This document shows, one piece after another, positions 1-12,700 of a stretch of 64,000 bases of DNA. Made by a program: the position numbers and the translations under genes. Location: NCBI RefSeq assembly GCF_001194135.2, contig NC_068993.1, positions 19,526,207 through 19,590,206 of the forward strand. The letters run 5' to 3'. The first letter of the stretch is position 1, and each line of letters starts with the position of its first letter. The notes below the pieces were generated by a model. It worked only from the letters and a program-made list of their open reading frames with translations. It ran no database searches and was not told where the DNA came from. This stretch comes from Octopus bimaculoides. Taxonomy: Eukaryota.

Positions 1-207
1 AATTAAAATGCTGTATAAAAATATGTGCGCAATTCGTAGTTGTCAACTCAGAATATAGAGCTAAACAGACATTTCTCATAATTACTTCACTACATATTCG
101 CCGGCGAAAACAATTTTTTCTGTACCGAGACCGTGTCATCGACGAATGCACAACTGCTCTTTGTTTGATCAAGACAAGACATTATTGTAGACCTGTGTTT
201 ATTCGTT

Positions 208-410
208 GAGATGGCAGACACATTAACACGCCGGGCGAAATGCTGAGGCTGTATTTCGTATGTCTTTACGTTCTGAGTTCAAATTCTGCCGAGGTCGACT
301 TTCATCCTCTCGGGGTCGATAAATTAAATACCAGTTGCATACTGTGGTCAATCTAATCGACTGGCTCCTTTCCCCAAAAATTTCGAGCCTTGTACCTAGA
401 GTAGAAAAGA
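208..410 (+). mobile_element. tRNA-derived SINE, family A, tail type i (...ccttgtacctagagtagaaaaga)
   Basis: A-box-like atggcagaca..., B-box-like gagttcaaattc and body gaggtcgacttt...ggggtcgataaa...taatcgact. The same unit recurs more than 12 times in the window. Confidence 0.85.
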
Positions 411-607
411 AACGTTAGCACACCGGACAAAATGTTTATCAGTATTTCGTCCGTCTTTACGTTCTGAGTTCAAATTCCACCGAGGTCGACTTTGCCTTGC
501 ATCCTTTCGGGGTCGATAAAATAAGTAGCAGTTAAGCTCTAGGGTCGATTTAATCGACGTATCCCCCCCCCCTTTTGCTGCCTTGTGCCAAAATTTGAAA
601 CTATTAT
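411..607 (+). mobile_element. SINE family A, 5'-truncated, tail type ii (...gccttgtgccaaaatttgaaac), directly in tandem with the previous copy
   Basis: Same body as 208-410 (tttacgttctgagttcaaattccaccgaggtcgactttgcc) with a different 3' tail. Confidence 0.85.
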
Positions 608-1269
608 TATAAACCTGTATATAATATTAAAATTGTTAAAATATTATTGTAACGTTGTGTATATTGTACGACCTTATTGTAACCTTTTGTACATTGCAAA
701 CTCAGTTTTTCTAAATCACATAACAATTACAATGTGCTTTATCTACTATATATCCTTTATTCAAAGCTGCAAATAATTCTGAAAAGAAAAAATATAACAT
801 CGGATAATAATAAAACGCAAGTAAGGTCTAGCTTCACTTTGTTGACATTTTATATACTAATAACTAAAGTGTACCTCAATTGTAAATCGCATATACGCAT
901 ATCAGGAAAATATTTATATTAAATTTTTTTTTTTTTTAAATTTTATATGAAAATATAGTTTTATATTTATATATTTCATTACTTTCTACTTCATAGTTTA
1001 AGATTTTGTCAGTTTCTACTTTTGAGGAAATTCAACTCCATTTGAATATTTTCTTTTGGCAACAATACTATCGAATACTAACAAGCAGAAACGGAACCTG
1101 CACAGCATATACAAAATGTAAATAAAATCGAATCTTAGAAATATATAAGAATAGGTATCTAAAAATGTACAAATCAGACCTTACTCTGAAGGTGGAAATA
1201 ACAATTTTCCCAACAATAGCATATTCTTACAAACTATAGAAAGTGCTTCCTAAGCTTTGCTATCGTACA

Positions 1270-2290
1270 TTTTATAAAAATAGACACAAACATCAATATT
1301 ACCAAATTAAACGAAATCTTATATGCAGCATCCACCGCAGGTACAAAAGAAAATGCGCATTACTGCAAATATTTTTCATAAAGGAATAACAATACCCAAG
1401 CAAAATACCGTGCAAAACACGTAGACAGTAACAGACAGAAAATATGAAAGATTTCTCAATTTGTAACGAAATTAATAAAGAAGAAGTAAAACTGATAAAG
1501 AAAAGAAGCCCATAAAATACTAAAGATTTATAACGATGAAAGTAGTCTCTGATATCAAAGAACGCGCGAAACAAGAGAAGGCGAGATCAAAGCCAATCGA
1601 TGAAATTTTGCGGTCAAGGATCACTGGGAAAAGAAATACGTCCTTATCGAAGTATCATTCCCAACAGATGATAATGTATCTCCTAAAGAAATTAGTTTGA
1701 TACAAAGATCTGGGATACTTAAGAATCAATGAAATAGACAGTGTGAAAGTATGCACAAGTGAAAGCAAAGATTACGAATGAATGTTATAATATTATTCTA
1801 GTGAAATATTATAGAAAACTAATATAAATAGTTACACATCACGGAAAAAATATCAGAAAAACTATTTTCTGTCTATAGCATAGCCAATAAATACGAAATA
1901 CTGACTATAAAGACATATAGGTATTAATAAAAGAGAAAACCAACACAAAATGAAAAATAGGCTAAAATTGATGCTAATTGCAGAGAAATGTAAATGACAT
2001 CAGTTCTTTAGCTGTCTTAGTAAAAATGCAGAAACCAAAAGAGAATGATTCCTAAAATAGTAGGTACCTTAGAATTGAGTAATAATACGCACGAAAATAT
2101 ATTTTCAGGATCGCAAGACTTGAAAATGTTCACAACACAAAGACAATAGAATCACTAGTCACAAAACATACGTGGTACATACAGTAATTTCAATGAGATG
2201 GAAGCAACAAATTCCCGCCAAGGAAGCTCTTCATACTCAAAATATACACAACTGTGTTCCATTGTCCGCGGATTACTCGTAATATAATTA
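1270..2290 (+). mobile_element. Decayed RLE-type (R4/Dong-like) non-LTR retrotransposon mosaic
   Basis: From 1583 it translates EIKANR*NFAVKDHWEKKYVLIEVSFPTDDNVSPKEI, then YKDL after a frameshift, matching the PD-(D/E)xK restriction-like endonuclease (ANRPDIVVKD..LIDVSIP.D.N...KE.EK..KYKDL). ~1285-1350 gives NITKLNEILYAAST, an N-terminal motif. ~2045 gives IPKIVGTL, the C-terminal IPIIVGALG motif. An (AAC)n tract follows. Confidence 0.7.
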
Positions 2291-2300
2291 AGACTAGTGA

Positions 2301-2301
2301 T

Positions 2302-2357
<56 letters not shown>

Positions 2358-2400
2358 CGGCAACATATAAAACAACAACAACAACAACAACAACAACAAT
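2301..2400 (+). repeat. (AAC)n microsatellite, possibly the tail or target site of the preceding element
   Basis: Read directly from the sequence. Confidence 0.95.
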
Positions 2401-2960
2401 AATTTGAAGAAGAAGAACAGCAGCAAAGCATCATAGAAAATAAAAACGACAATAGAAGGCTCTGGCGAGGTTAAATATGTTTGGTAGCTACCAGGCGAAA
2501 TATAAACTCCATTACCAACGAAATAAGCAATAAACTCACAGATCAAAAACGAATAAAGATAATTTTATAACTAATACACTAAATAACATTCAAGTTTATT
2601 GATCTTTGTCTCGTACAATGTATTACAAACATTCACTCTTAAACTTTAGGGTACTATATGTAAACAGATTAACAATGCACCAGACTAATTTAGCATTTTT
2701 TTAAAAAATCAAACTAACGAAGCGTCAGAAGTATACAATACTGACTTCACAATTTAATAAATAACAAAGAATACAAATAAAAATCGTACCATTCAGCTGC
2801 ATATTCAAAGAGGACTATGTGCCTCAAATTTTATACGTAAAATTACAAAAATAGAACGAATGAAAGTCGACATAGACAGAAAAAAGGAGCCAGTATTCGA
2901 CGAATACGCTGATGATCTAAATAAGGATTTTAGGTTTTGACTTAAGGGTGTAATATTTAA

Positions 2961-3190
2961 TTCTTTATTGCCCACAAGTGACTAAACATAGAGGGGACAA
3001 AAAAGGATAGACAAAGGGACTAAGTCGATTACATCGATCCCAGTGCGTAACTGGTACTTATTTAATCGACCTCGAAATGATGAAAGGCAAAGTCATCCTG
3101 GGCGGCATTTGAACTCAGAACGTAGCAACAGACGAAATACTACCAAGCATTCCGCCCGGCGTGCTAAATTTTCTGCAAGCTCGCCGCCTT
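2961..3190 (-). mobile_element. SINE family A, tail type iii (ccctttgtct...tgtcccctctatgtttag...gggcaataaaga)
   Basis: Reverse complement of the family A head and body (gaactcagaacgtagc...cgcccggcgtgct...gctcgcc). Confidence 0.85.
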
Positions 3191-3699
3191 TAAAAGGTGT
3201 AATGTTGGGAGAGAGAAGGATAGGTGATTGAACCGACCCCTCCCTAGACAAAGTTGACGTTTCCTCTTTAGAGACGCACACAATATAAAATAAGCATGAA
3301 GAGGCACATGGGAAACATGTTACTATCGTACATGCATATTGCTTTTTGTTTTTTTACAGAAACTTTACCTAATATGGCCGTATTAAATACAAAGAATTTA
3401 TCTCACAATTAAACGTAACTTTGGACATTTACAACTAACTAAATTAAGATGTGCTTCAAAGTAACCAAGATATCAGAAATCGAAATAGGGCAATTTAATA
3501 TATACAATAAACGCTTAAATGGCGATTACAAACCATACAACAAGACTTAAAACAGTTAAAATATAAACCGTGACCAAAGACCGAAAATAAACAAAACAAA
3601 TAAAGTAAGAATAATATAACACGGAAAACAGTTTTGGAACAATTCCATACTAGTGATGAACGAAAACTGATCTCAATAACAAACATGAATAGAAAGGAA

Positions 3700-4290
3700 A
3701 AATGAGATTTAAGGATTGGATTCTCTGCAGGTAGAAATCATAAATGCGAGAAGATTCTAAAGGTCGAAATAATTAAATAATTTAAGTTAATTGGAGACCA
3801 CCTTACGATTTATGAACATCGTATTCCAAGAATAAAATTTATCTATGATATACGAACATCAATAAAACGAAGGTAGGTGTCTCAATCTTACTGAATATAG
3901 ACATGAACACGAAGCTAAATGAAATAATAATATATCAATAGCTATGGTGGTTATGAAAAAATATTTCACCAGAACTACTCAAGGAAGCATCACAAAAACC
4001 GAATAAACGACATAGAAAGCAAATTTACGAAAAAGAGAAGAAATTGCGAATCCTTTATGAAATAAATAACAGGAAGAAAATCATTAACTACAGAAATATT
4101 ACATAAGACAGAAAAAAAAAGAAAACAACTCAAACGAAAGAAAACCATAAACAAGAGTTCTTTATTAAAGAAAGCACTTCGATTCTAACCTGAGACAATT
4201 TTATCAAAAACTAGATGGAGAAAAAGAATGTAATCAATATAATAACAACATGAAGAATACAAGAATGTTGGTCGAAGTGTGCACAAGAAA
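3700..4290 (+). mobile_element. Decayed R4/Dong-like LINE, N-terminal (pre-RT) region
   Basis: ~4179-4230 translates FDSNLRQFYQKLDGEKE, resembling the LF..NQ.QFY..L.G motif that precedes the RT in R4-clade elements. RIPRIKF occurs at ~3820. Confidence 0.5.
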
Positions 4291-4416
4291 GGGATTGCTA
4301 TGGATGAAAAAATGTTCGAAACAACTAACGAATGCAACGACTGAACTGAAATGTTTCTTGTACACTAGAAGCCAAGAATTTTTTTAATAATAGTCGGGGT
4401 GGGGATCCTCAAGTAG

Positions 4417-4810
4417 TTGACCTCACTAATTGACCCCTTTGGTACCAGGGCACTTTGCAGGACAATGGGTTACAATGGATCGCATTTTCTTTCCAACCAA
4501 AAACTCCACTCAGAACCTGGAATGCATCCTGTAACTTGTATGACTCAGGAGCGCCAGATCAGTCTGTTCAGCCATGTTGCTCGATTTTCCGAATACGAGC
4601 CTGCTTGCAATATTCTCTTCACTGAGATCGTGTCGACGGTTTATATTGGTCGACCACATACGACATGATTACAGCAGATGAGAAAGTATCTTGAAGAGAT
4701 AGGGACTGACAGGAACTCTGGTCGAAGGATCGCTCCGGGAAAATATCGTCAAATTTTGAATGCAGCAATGCGCTGCAACGGCACATGCTCCGACACCTGA
4801 GCCTGAACTC
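4417..4810 (+). mobile_element. 3' end of an RTE-clade LINE (5'-truncated)
   Basis: Translates DPFGTRALCRTMGY...ERQISLFSHVARF...GRPHTT*LQQM...NAAMRCNGTCSDT*, which matches the RTE ORF C-terminus (R...F.GHVAR, GRP..TW). It ends in cctgagcctga short repeats. Confidence 0.8.
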
Positions 4811-5424
4811 GGGGTCTCAATAAAGGGTAAAATCTCAGCAGGTGCACAAGGTACTAGAATGAAAGTGTGAGTATGTGAGAGAGAGACAGGACGATGGTGG
4901 AGGAACGGAAAAAGCGACAGAAACATTAAAACGTCAGATAGTAAATATGACAGCGTGGAATCAGCGACGCATAAAAATTGCTATCGAAATGCGTTTTGAA
5001 TCAGTTTAAATATTCTCATTGAAAATACACTCTGCAACAATTTTCTGCGTGTATATTAAGGCTTTTCTTTAAACGAGCGCATATTCTCAAGTGTAAAATT
5101 ATAGCTCAGTTTCTCACCAGTTTCCTCCCCAAATCTTAGGAAGAATAAAGTCTCAACTGATAAGGTTCTATATAGATTTTTTTATCCACTATTTTTCAGG
5201 TTGTCAATTTGTTTTGAACAGGAGACATATATCACACAATTCAAAGATCGAATATTCTGTTGTTGTTTAGGAACATATGAGACATCTTCGAGTTGTCCAT
5301 GATCAAAAGCAATCTAGCCATGTCCATCCTGCTCTGTGGCATAGACGTGTGTATACTGTATTTAAGTTTGTGTGTGTATGTGCGTGATTGCGTATTATGT
5401 ATTATGTATGCCCGTGTACAACAA

Positions 5425-5660
5425 TTACACACACGCACAGACACGTACATGCGCAAGAACACTCACACACGCATACACACACACACATATATATATATAT
5501 GTATAGATACGTATAGGGAGAGAGAAAATGAGAATTAGAGAGAGAGAAAGAAAGAAAGAAAGAATGAAAAAGAGAGAAAGAGAGAGAAATAATATTCCGT
5601 CGATGCAGAAGTGGTATTACTTATACAGGAGAGAAGTAGATAGAGTGAGAGAAGAAGTAG
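5425..5660. repeat. Compound (CA)n/(TA)n/(GA)n microsatellite
   Basis: Read directly from the sequence. Confidence 0.9.
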
Positions 5661-6074
5661 AACATGAAACATAGAGAGAGATAGAGAAATAAATTGAAAT
5701 GTTTCCGAAAGGTCAACTGCTGTTACTGAGAGATGATTACAGAGCTTAAGATACAACGTAACATGGCTAAATGGAAAATATAGATGACGTATTGCATGAT
5801 CACATGGTATTTCAAACAATCACGTGATAAGAAAAGGAAGAATATTGCTATTCTCTATGTTACTTATATTTTCGTGATACGACATATTCGGTACTTCATT
5901 TTGATATTAAGTGTATTAAACATATTGAAGAAAAAGCCGAGAAACGGGAGAGTTGTGTTTGTCCAATTTTGACAAGTGTATCTAGAATATGTAAGTATAG
6001 GCGGCTCATCGTGTTGCACATGCTTGCGTATAGGGTGTGTGCTTGTGAATGTGTGAATATATGTGTGCGTGTGT

Positions 6075-6445
6075 GGAGTCGCAATGGCCCAGTGGTTAGG
6101 GCAGCAGACTCGCGGTTGTAGGACCGCGGTTTCGATTCCCAGACCGGGCGTTGTGAGTGTTTATTGAGCGAAAACACCTAATGCTCCATGAGGCTCCGGT
6201 AGGGGATGGTGGCGAACTCTGCCGTACTCTTTCACCACAACTTTCACTCTTTCCCCCTGTTTCTGTTATACCTGCGTTTCAAAGGGCCAGCCTCGTCACA
6301 CTCTGTGTCACGCTGAATCACGCCGAGAACTACGTTAAGGGTATACGTGTCTGTGGAGTGCTCATCCACTTGCACATTAATTTCAGGAGCAGGTTATTCC
6401 GTTGATCGGATCAAGTGGAACCCTCGTCGTCCTAACCACGTAGTA
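6075..6445 (+). mobile_element. tRNA-derived SINE, family C (long form)
   Basis: A box tggcccagtggttagg and B box ggtttcgattccc. The 3' part (caaagggccagcc...ctgtggagtgctc...gttgatcggatca...cgtcgtcctaacc) is shared with 56927-57243 and 21625-21690. Confidence 0.85.
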
Positions 6446-6524
6446 CCACGATGTGTGTGTGTGTATGTAGGCTTCTCGCGTGTGACGCGAGAAATTTAGT
6501 CTTACATGTGTAAATACATATACC

Positions 6525-6960
6525 TTTTACCTTTTTATCTTTTACTTCTTTGAGTCAATTGATTGCAGCCATACTGGGGCACCGTCTGGAAGAAATTTTA
6601 GTTGAATGAATCGACCCTTAGTACTTATTTTTTTGTTAAGCCTGGTACTTGTTCTATTTCTCTCCTTTGCCGAACCGCAAAATTCCTGGGACGTAAACAT
6701 GCCAACACCGGTTGTCAAGCGATACTGGAGGAGGAACACAGACACAAACACACACATACACACGAACACACACACACTCGCAGAGACGGATACAGGACGG
6801 GCCACCGTCAACCACATCCACTCACAAAGCTGTGGTCGGCGCAAGTCTATAAAAGAAGACACTTGCCCAAGATGCCACGAAGTAGGACTAAAGCCGGAAC
6901 CAAATGGTTGTGAAGCAAGCTTCTTACCACAAAGCCAGCTTCTTACCACAAAGCCAGCTT
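6525..6960 (-). mobile_element. tRNA-derived SINE, family B (CORE-like central segment, internal CA tract)
   Basis: The minus strand reads ...ggcatcttgggcaagtgtcttc..., similar to the CORE/Meta-type ccttgggcaagt motif. The tail (gccccagtatggctgcaatcaattgact) recurs at 28725, 32010, 32520 and 63940. Confidence 0.85.
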
Positions 6961-6981
6961 GCGCCTATAAACTATATATAG

Positions 6982-7046
6982 TTGCATAGACTCATACATA
7001 CGGACATACATACATACATACATACATACATACATACACACATACA

Positions 7047-7080
<34 letters not shown>

Positions 7081-7204
7081 CATACATGTCCAAATNNNNN
7101 NNNNNNNNNNNNNNNNNNNNNNNNNNNNNNNNNNNNNNNNNNNNNNNNNNNNNNNNNNCGGACATACATACATACATACATACATACATACATACACACA
7201 TACA

Positions 7205-7238
<34 letters not shown>

Positions 7239-7255
7239 CATACATGTCCAAATAA
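6982..7255. repeat. (CATA)n microsatellite spanning a small N gap
   Basis: Read directly. The sequences on the two sides of the gap are near-duplicates. Confidence 0.9.
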
Positions 7256-9149
7256 CTCTGCGACAGATTATTTCTATTCTTCTTATTTGCATGCACGTAT
7301 TTGTGTGTTGGCGTCTAAGCGACATCACGCAGGTGTTTCACTTTCCGACGAATATTTCATTCTGTTTATTATTAGTGAAAAGGAAAAATTTAGAAAATTT
7401 ATAGAACTAATAATTTTCTTTCCGTATTTTCAAATGAATTTTAACCACAGGGATATGTTTGCTTAGTATTATAGCTAAATATCATATCAACAAAATTTTA
7501 TATCAGTTATAAATTATATGGACTTATAAAGCTAAATACCTAGACAAACAACTTTTGCAACTTTTATAAACACGGTGATCATATTTAATTGAATATTAAA
7601 TATAGAAACAAACGCATTTCGTGGTAAAATTTTGCTGCCTCCTTGAAGGCAAACAACTGAGCACAACGTTAGGGCTTTATAAGGTCGGTAATCCAAGGAA
7701 GTTTAAGAATGAGTTCAAAATATTTAGGTATTTATCATTTTGGTATGAAGCTACAGATTTCTATGAAAGGATTATAGCTAAATCAACCAAATCAAATATT
7801 TATGTGCATCAATTTACGTAACTAAAATATTTGATTCTAAAACGCAAAAAGAAGAATTTAATGTTCAAAGGCGAAGCTTGATGGCGTACTAGCACTGCTA
7901 AATGATCGAAGTTTCAACAGAGAAAAATATTTTTACTAAAACAATCTTTCATGAGAATAATATCTCTGAATAAGTTAGACATTAACCTACATAGAGAGAA
8001 CCATTGTGCAAAATCTCTGTTCTTCATTAAGATCATTATTATCACATCATATTTACTATTCTTTGTTTTATTACTCTACATAATATTTTCATAAGCATTG
8101 AGCTCTTATTTGTTATATTACTACAGAATGGTCATTTATTAAGTCATTACGCGATTTTATTTGTGTACGTATCATCGTTACTTCTGTTTATGATTAGAAA
8201 GTTTGCATTCTCATATGTTTATTATATATCATTAGAGTAATTTTGTATTATTAATGTACTGTTATTGTATTGTACATATATGTTAGCAGGAGCTTTTTAC
8301 GAGTTTGTTGTTATAAATGTATCGATTGTTAGAATTTTGCTGCAAAGAATTGTTTGTTATATAAATACAGTATCATTTCTTTTGTACATTACTGAACAAA
8401 CACGCACATAGTCACCATGCAGAGTTATATGTCTATATCTATGGCTATTGTATGTCTATATCTATATTTACCTATCCCTCTACAGACACACACACACACA
8501 CACACACACGTACGCACGCACGCACACACACACATGAATTTAATGAGTTTAGGCAGTACAATTGTAGCTCTCATTAGCGATATTTTTAACCACGGAGAGT
8601 GAATGACATCTGAGCACGTGGTCGCTGCTGTGTGTATGTGGTTTAACAACACTGGAAACTGTAGCTCAATATTATCAGGTGATGAAAATACGGAATATTT
8701 ATTGCATATTACCTCACGGGTATGTTGGTGTATCGGTGATAATTTAACTCGTCAGTCAATTTTGAAATAAAATAACTGCTTATCATTCAACTAGTCATCA
8801 TATATCGGTTGCTGGCATTAGAAGTGGTTAGTGCATAAATCCGCCATGGATAGGAAGATGGTAAAAAAGAAAACTGTCGACGTATATTTAATAAATACAC
8901 ATTTAGTGCCGCTGTGTAAATAAATCCTGTAGTTAAACTTCGGCAAGTTTTGATGAGGAAACTAAATGAGATAATATTATACGTCGGAATGTAAATTCAT
9001 TTACAACGTATCTATCTATCTATCTAGCTAGCTAGCTATCTGTCTGCCTGTCTGTCTGTCTATCTATCCATCTATGAATAGAAAGATAGATAAATAGAAA
9101 AGAACACCATCGCTAACTAACTGGCGATGGTGCTATTTTCGGAATCATA

Positions 9150-9442
9150 ACTAACCTTTTAATATTTTCTATAATATTTTTTCCCACTGTTTGTGGACAT
9201 GGTAACTTTTCTGTTTCCTGCAATTTATCTCCTTCCATACACCCCTCGCATTTTCACCGCATTCACTTCCTACTCAACTCCACTTAACCCTAACTATCCA
9301 TCAACACAATAGACCGCTCTCATACCTCCCCCCATGCAATCTCTTTAAGTGGATACACTCTTACATATGAGCAAAATACCCCGTTGCTTCGTCTCGTTTA
9401 ACCCCTCCCCATAAAACCATTTTCTAACAGGGATCCTAGACG

Positions 9443-9476
<34 letters not shown>

Positions 9477-9700
9477 CTTCTTTCTTTCTTTTTGTCTTTC
9501 TTTCTTTCTGCTTCTTGTTCTTCTTCTTCTCTCGTTCTCCCCACCCTTCTACACTTCTATTTTTCTAATGAAGGCCTCAAATATCCGAAACGGCAAAGAC
9601 ACTTTGCGCTTTCCTTTTCAAGTAGGAGCGTAAAAACAAATTTATAAAAACATATCCCACTTGTGTATTTCTCTTGCTTTTCTTGCTTTTGAATATCCAC
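9150..9700 (+). mobile_element. Possible decayed Penelope-like pseudo-LTR
   Basis: Pyrimidine-rich tract with (CTAT)n and ctaatgaagg...tccgaaacg at ~9565-9592, a degenerate hammerhead-like layout. Confidence 0.3.
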
Positions 9701-12700
9701 CATCGTCGTCGTCGTACTCCTCCTCTGTTCACTTAACGCAACAAAGTACTTAATACAACAAAGCTTTACATTTTACTTTTGACAATCTTTTTCTAAAAAT
9801 GTTAAACCGGTCAAGTGAATAGACATCTTTAAAATTGCATTTTCAAACCTTTCATATATATATTTTCATTCGTACAGTATCTTACAACTTTACTTTGTTA
9901 TATATATGCATATATGGGTACACGACACACCAACGGTTCAAACAACATTAAATACGTAAACAACGAGAAAAAATGGAAAACTGGAAAAGTAAACACAAAG
10001 AAAGACCCTTCATCAATTGTCCTTATACAAATATCCATATACACAAGTGTGTATGTATGTATTTGTGCGTTTGTATATATGTGCATGGTCAAGCACCCTT
10101 GTATAAGCAGCCATTCCATAAAAAGTTTCTCACAGTATCGAATCCGGTTTGAAATTAATAGATATTGATGCCATCACCAAAATCTTTTCTCCATAGCATT
10201 GTAGGATGGCCAATTGGAATAACTTAAGTAGATCAATCTCGGGTCAACATGGGTAGCACATCGAGCTTCAACTAGCTTTCCAGGGCATTTATTTGGCTGA
10301 GAGTAGACGTCTTTAGTAAATGGATTACTAGAAAGTTGCAGTCATCATTCGAAATTGTTACTGGCAATAATTTTCAGCTGTGTGCAGTGGAGCAATGAGA
10401 AATGAAGCTCGTGCCGGAGACATATCGCACCACACGATCCGAGCAAAGCTCATACAAGTTAGCAGTCTGGATCCTATTATCTTCAACAAGGACATAAGAC
10501 GTTTGTTTTGGCGCCCTCTATTTGCTGCTGCTGATTCGAAGCTGACTTGTTATCAGATATTTTAATGCTTCTCTCTTTCAATCGTTCCCTCTCTCTGAAT
10601 CTACGTCTGTCTATCTACCTGTTTGTCTCTGTCTCTTTATCTGTATATACGCTAGAACCTAGTAATGTTCATTGTATATGTAATGTTTCTCTCACCGCAC
10701 TCTTCTCTATGTGTATATTCCTGCTCGCATGTATATACGTGCGTGTATGGTGTGTGTATCTGTCTGTATGTTTGCTTCCAGTGTGACGCCATACTCTGAC
10801 TAAAACGAACTGAGTGCCCAGTAAGCTGCGCCAGGTACCCAGCGTCTAAGCGCACGCGTCAAAATACCCCGTTCCGCTTCAGCACTAAGCAACTTGCCTT
10901 CATATGACGAATGACCAAATCCAACGAAAACAAGTGTAATGACTTCTGAGCAATAATATATTATTGATTACATTTTCATTCGTAAATTTTCCTTTTAAAT
11001 AATTGTTGTATCTCTATTGGTTTAACTGTTTTAATATTATTTTGTATTTTTGAGAATGTTTCTCTTTTAAAATGTAATCAATTTTAGTTTTGCAATATTT
11101 GCATTAAATACAAACGTTTTTGCTATATTAGCATACTCAGACTATGTAATTCAAATTTGCAACAACGTAATACAAATATGAAGAGGTGTGTGGGTATGTG
11201 CGCGTGTGGTTGGGTGGACATGTGTACATATATATATGTGTGTATATGGACATATATAAATATATATAAATATATATATATTTATATATATATATNNNNN
11301 NNNNNNNNNNNNNNNNNNNNNNNNNNNNNNNNNNNNNNNNNNNNNNNNNNNNNNNNNNNNNNNNNNNNNNNNNNNNNNNNNNNNNNNNNNNNNNNNNNNN
11401 NNNNNNNNNNNNNNNNNNNNNNNNNNNNNNNNNNNNNNNNNNNNNNNNNNNNNNNNNNNNNNNNNNNNNNNNNNNNNNNNNNNNNNNNNNNNNNNNNNNN
11501 NNNNNNNNNNNNNNNNNNNNNNNNNNNNNNNNNNNNNNNNNNNNNNNNNNNNNNNNNNNNNNNNNNNNNNNNNNNNNNNNNNNNNNNNNNNNNNNNNNNN
11601 NNNNNNNNNNNNNNNNNNNNNNNNNNNNNNNNNNNNNNNNNNNNNNNNNNNNNNNNNNNNNNNNNNNNNNNNNNNNNNNNNNNNNNNNNNNNNNNNNNNN
11701 NNNNNNNNNNNNNNNNNNNNNNNNNNNNNNNNNNNNNNNNNNNNNNNNNNNNNNNNNNNNNNNNNNNNNNNNNNNNNNNNNNNNNNNNNNNNNNNNNNNN
11801 NNNNNNNNNNNNNNNNNNNNNNNNNNNNNNNNNNNNNNNNNNNNNNNNNNNNNNNNNNNNNNNNNNNNNNNNNNNNNNNNNNNNNNNNNNNNNNNNNNNN
11901 NNNNNNNNNNNNNNNNNNNNNNNNNNNNNNNNNNNNNNNNNNNNNNNNNNNNNNNNNNNNNNNNNNNNNNNNNNNNNNNNNNNNNNNNNNNNNNNNNNNN
12001 NNNNNNNNNNNNNNNNNNNNNNNNNNNNNNNNNNNNNNNNNNNNNNNNNNNNNNNNNNNNNNNNNNNNNNNNNNNNNNNNNNNNNNNNNNNNNNNNNNNN
12101 NNNNNNNNNNNNNNNNNNNNNNNNNNNNNNNNNNNNNNNNNNNNNNNNNNNNNNNNNNNNNNNNNNNNNNNNNNNNNNNNNNNNNNNNNNNNNNNNNNNN
12201 NNNNNNNGAATTTTCCGGAAGTAGTTGCTGCAGCAAAGGCTGAGATAGCAGAGGTGTATATATGCCATATTGTGTCCGAGGTATATTGCTTGTGTTTAAC
12301 GTGAAGGATGCCCAAGTCAAGTGAGAAATGTGCGTAGGGTAAGTAGGTCAAGTCTTGAAGACAGAATGGGAAAGGGATAGAGGAAAGATTCAGGTGGAGA
12401 TTGGTAGTGGTATATTTTTATGGTCAGTTGATCTGACCGGATAGAGAGGATGAGTATAGTGAGGGAAGGAGGAAGGGGGTTGAGGTTAAATGGTTTAGTG
12501 AGGAGGAAGGAATGCGCAGAGGTAGTATATAGGTGGTGGGGGTATGGGTGACAAACTAAGGACAGTAATAAAGGAAAAGAGGAGTGACATAGGTAGTTAG
12601 TAGTATCATATTCAAAAAAGATAGCTAAACCTATTTACAAACGGTGGAATTGGGATTGAAAATAACCAAGTAGCCTGTATGTGGTGGTGGTGTTTTAGTC

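Noticed and set aside
5240-5345. Peptide EHMRHLRVV resembling an LTR-retrotransposon RT motif
   Set aside because: There is no upstream YxDD or other supporting motif, so it is probably chance.
6075-6150. tRNA-gene-like A and B boxes
   Set aside because: The sequence continues into a SINE body and no complete cloverleaf with an acceptor stem could be built. The same applies to the other SINE heads.
6606-6989. 127-aa ORF with an apparent signal peptide and a KR site (neuropeptide-like)
   Set aside because: It lies wholly inside the antisense strand of a family B SINE. The hydrophobic start comes from the T-rich SINE body and the HT repeats from a CA tract.
6982-7255. Duplicated block on both sides of a short gap
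   Set aside because: It is most likely an unmerged contig overlap, as both sides end in catacatgtccaaat.
7621-7821. EFKYLG-like LINE motif; also ELHWL at ~29905, DTDHLYIP at ~45170 and AYADT at ~51345
   Set aside because: Each is a single short motif, some needing a frameshift. They are plausible fossils but cannot be supported without a profile search.
9563-9600. Hammerhead-like ctaatgaagg...ccgaaacgg
   Set aside because: G5 is replaced by A, stem II is only 2-3 bp, and there is no stem III or NUH triplet, so it is too decayed to call a ribozyme.
12226-12700. Purine-rich stretch that may be an antisense PLE pseudo-LTR
   Set aside because: No hammerhead core or convincing GIY-YIG peptide was found, and gaps on both sides remove the context.
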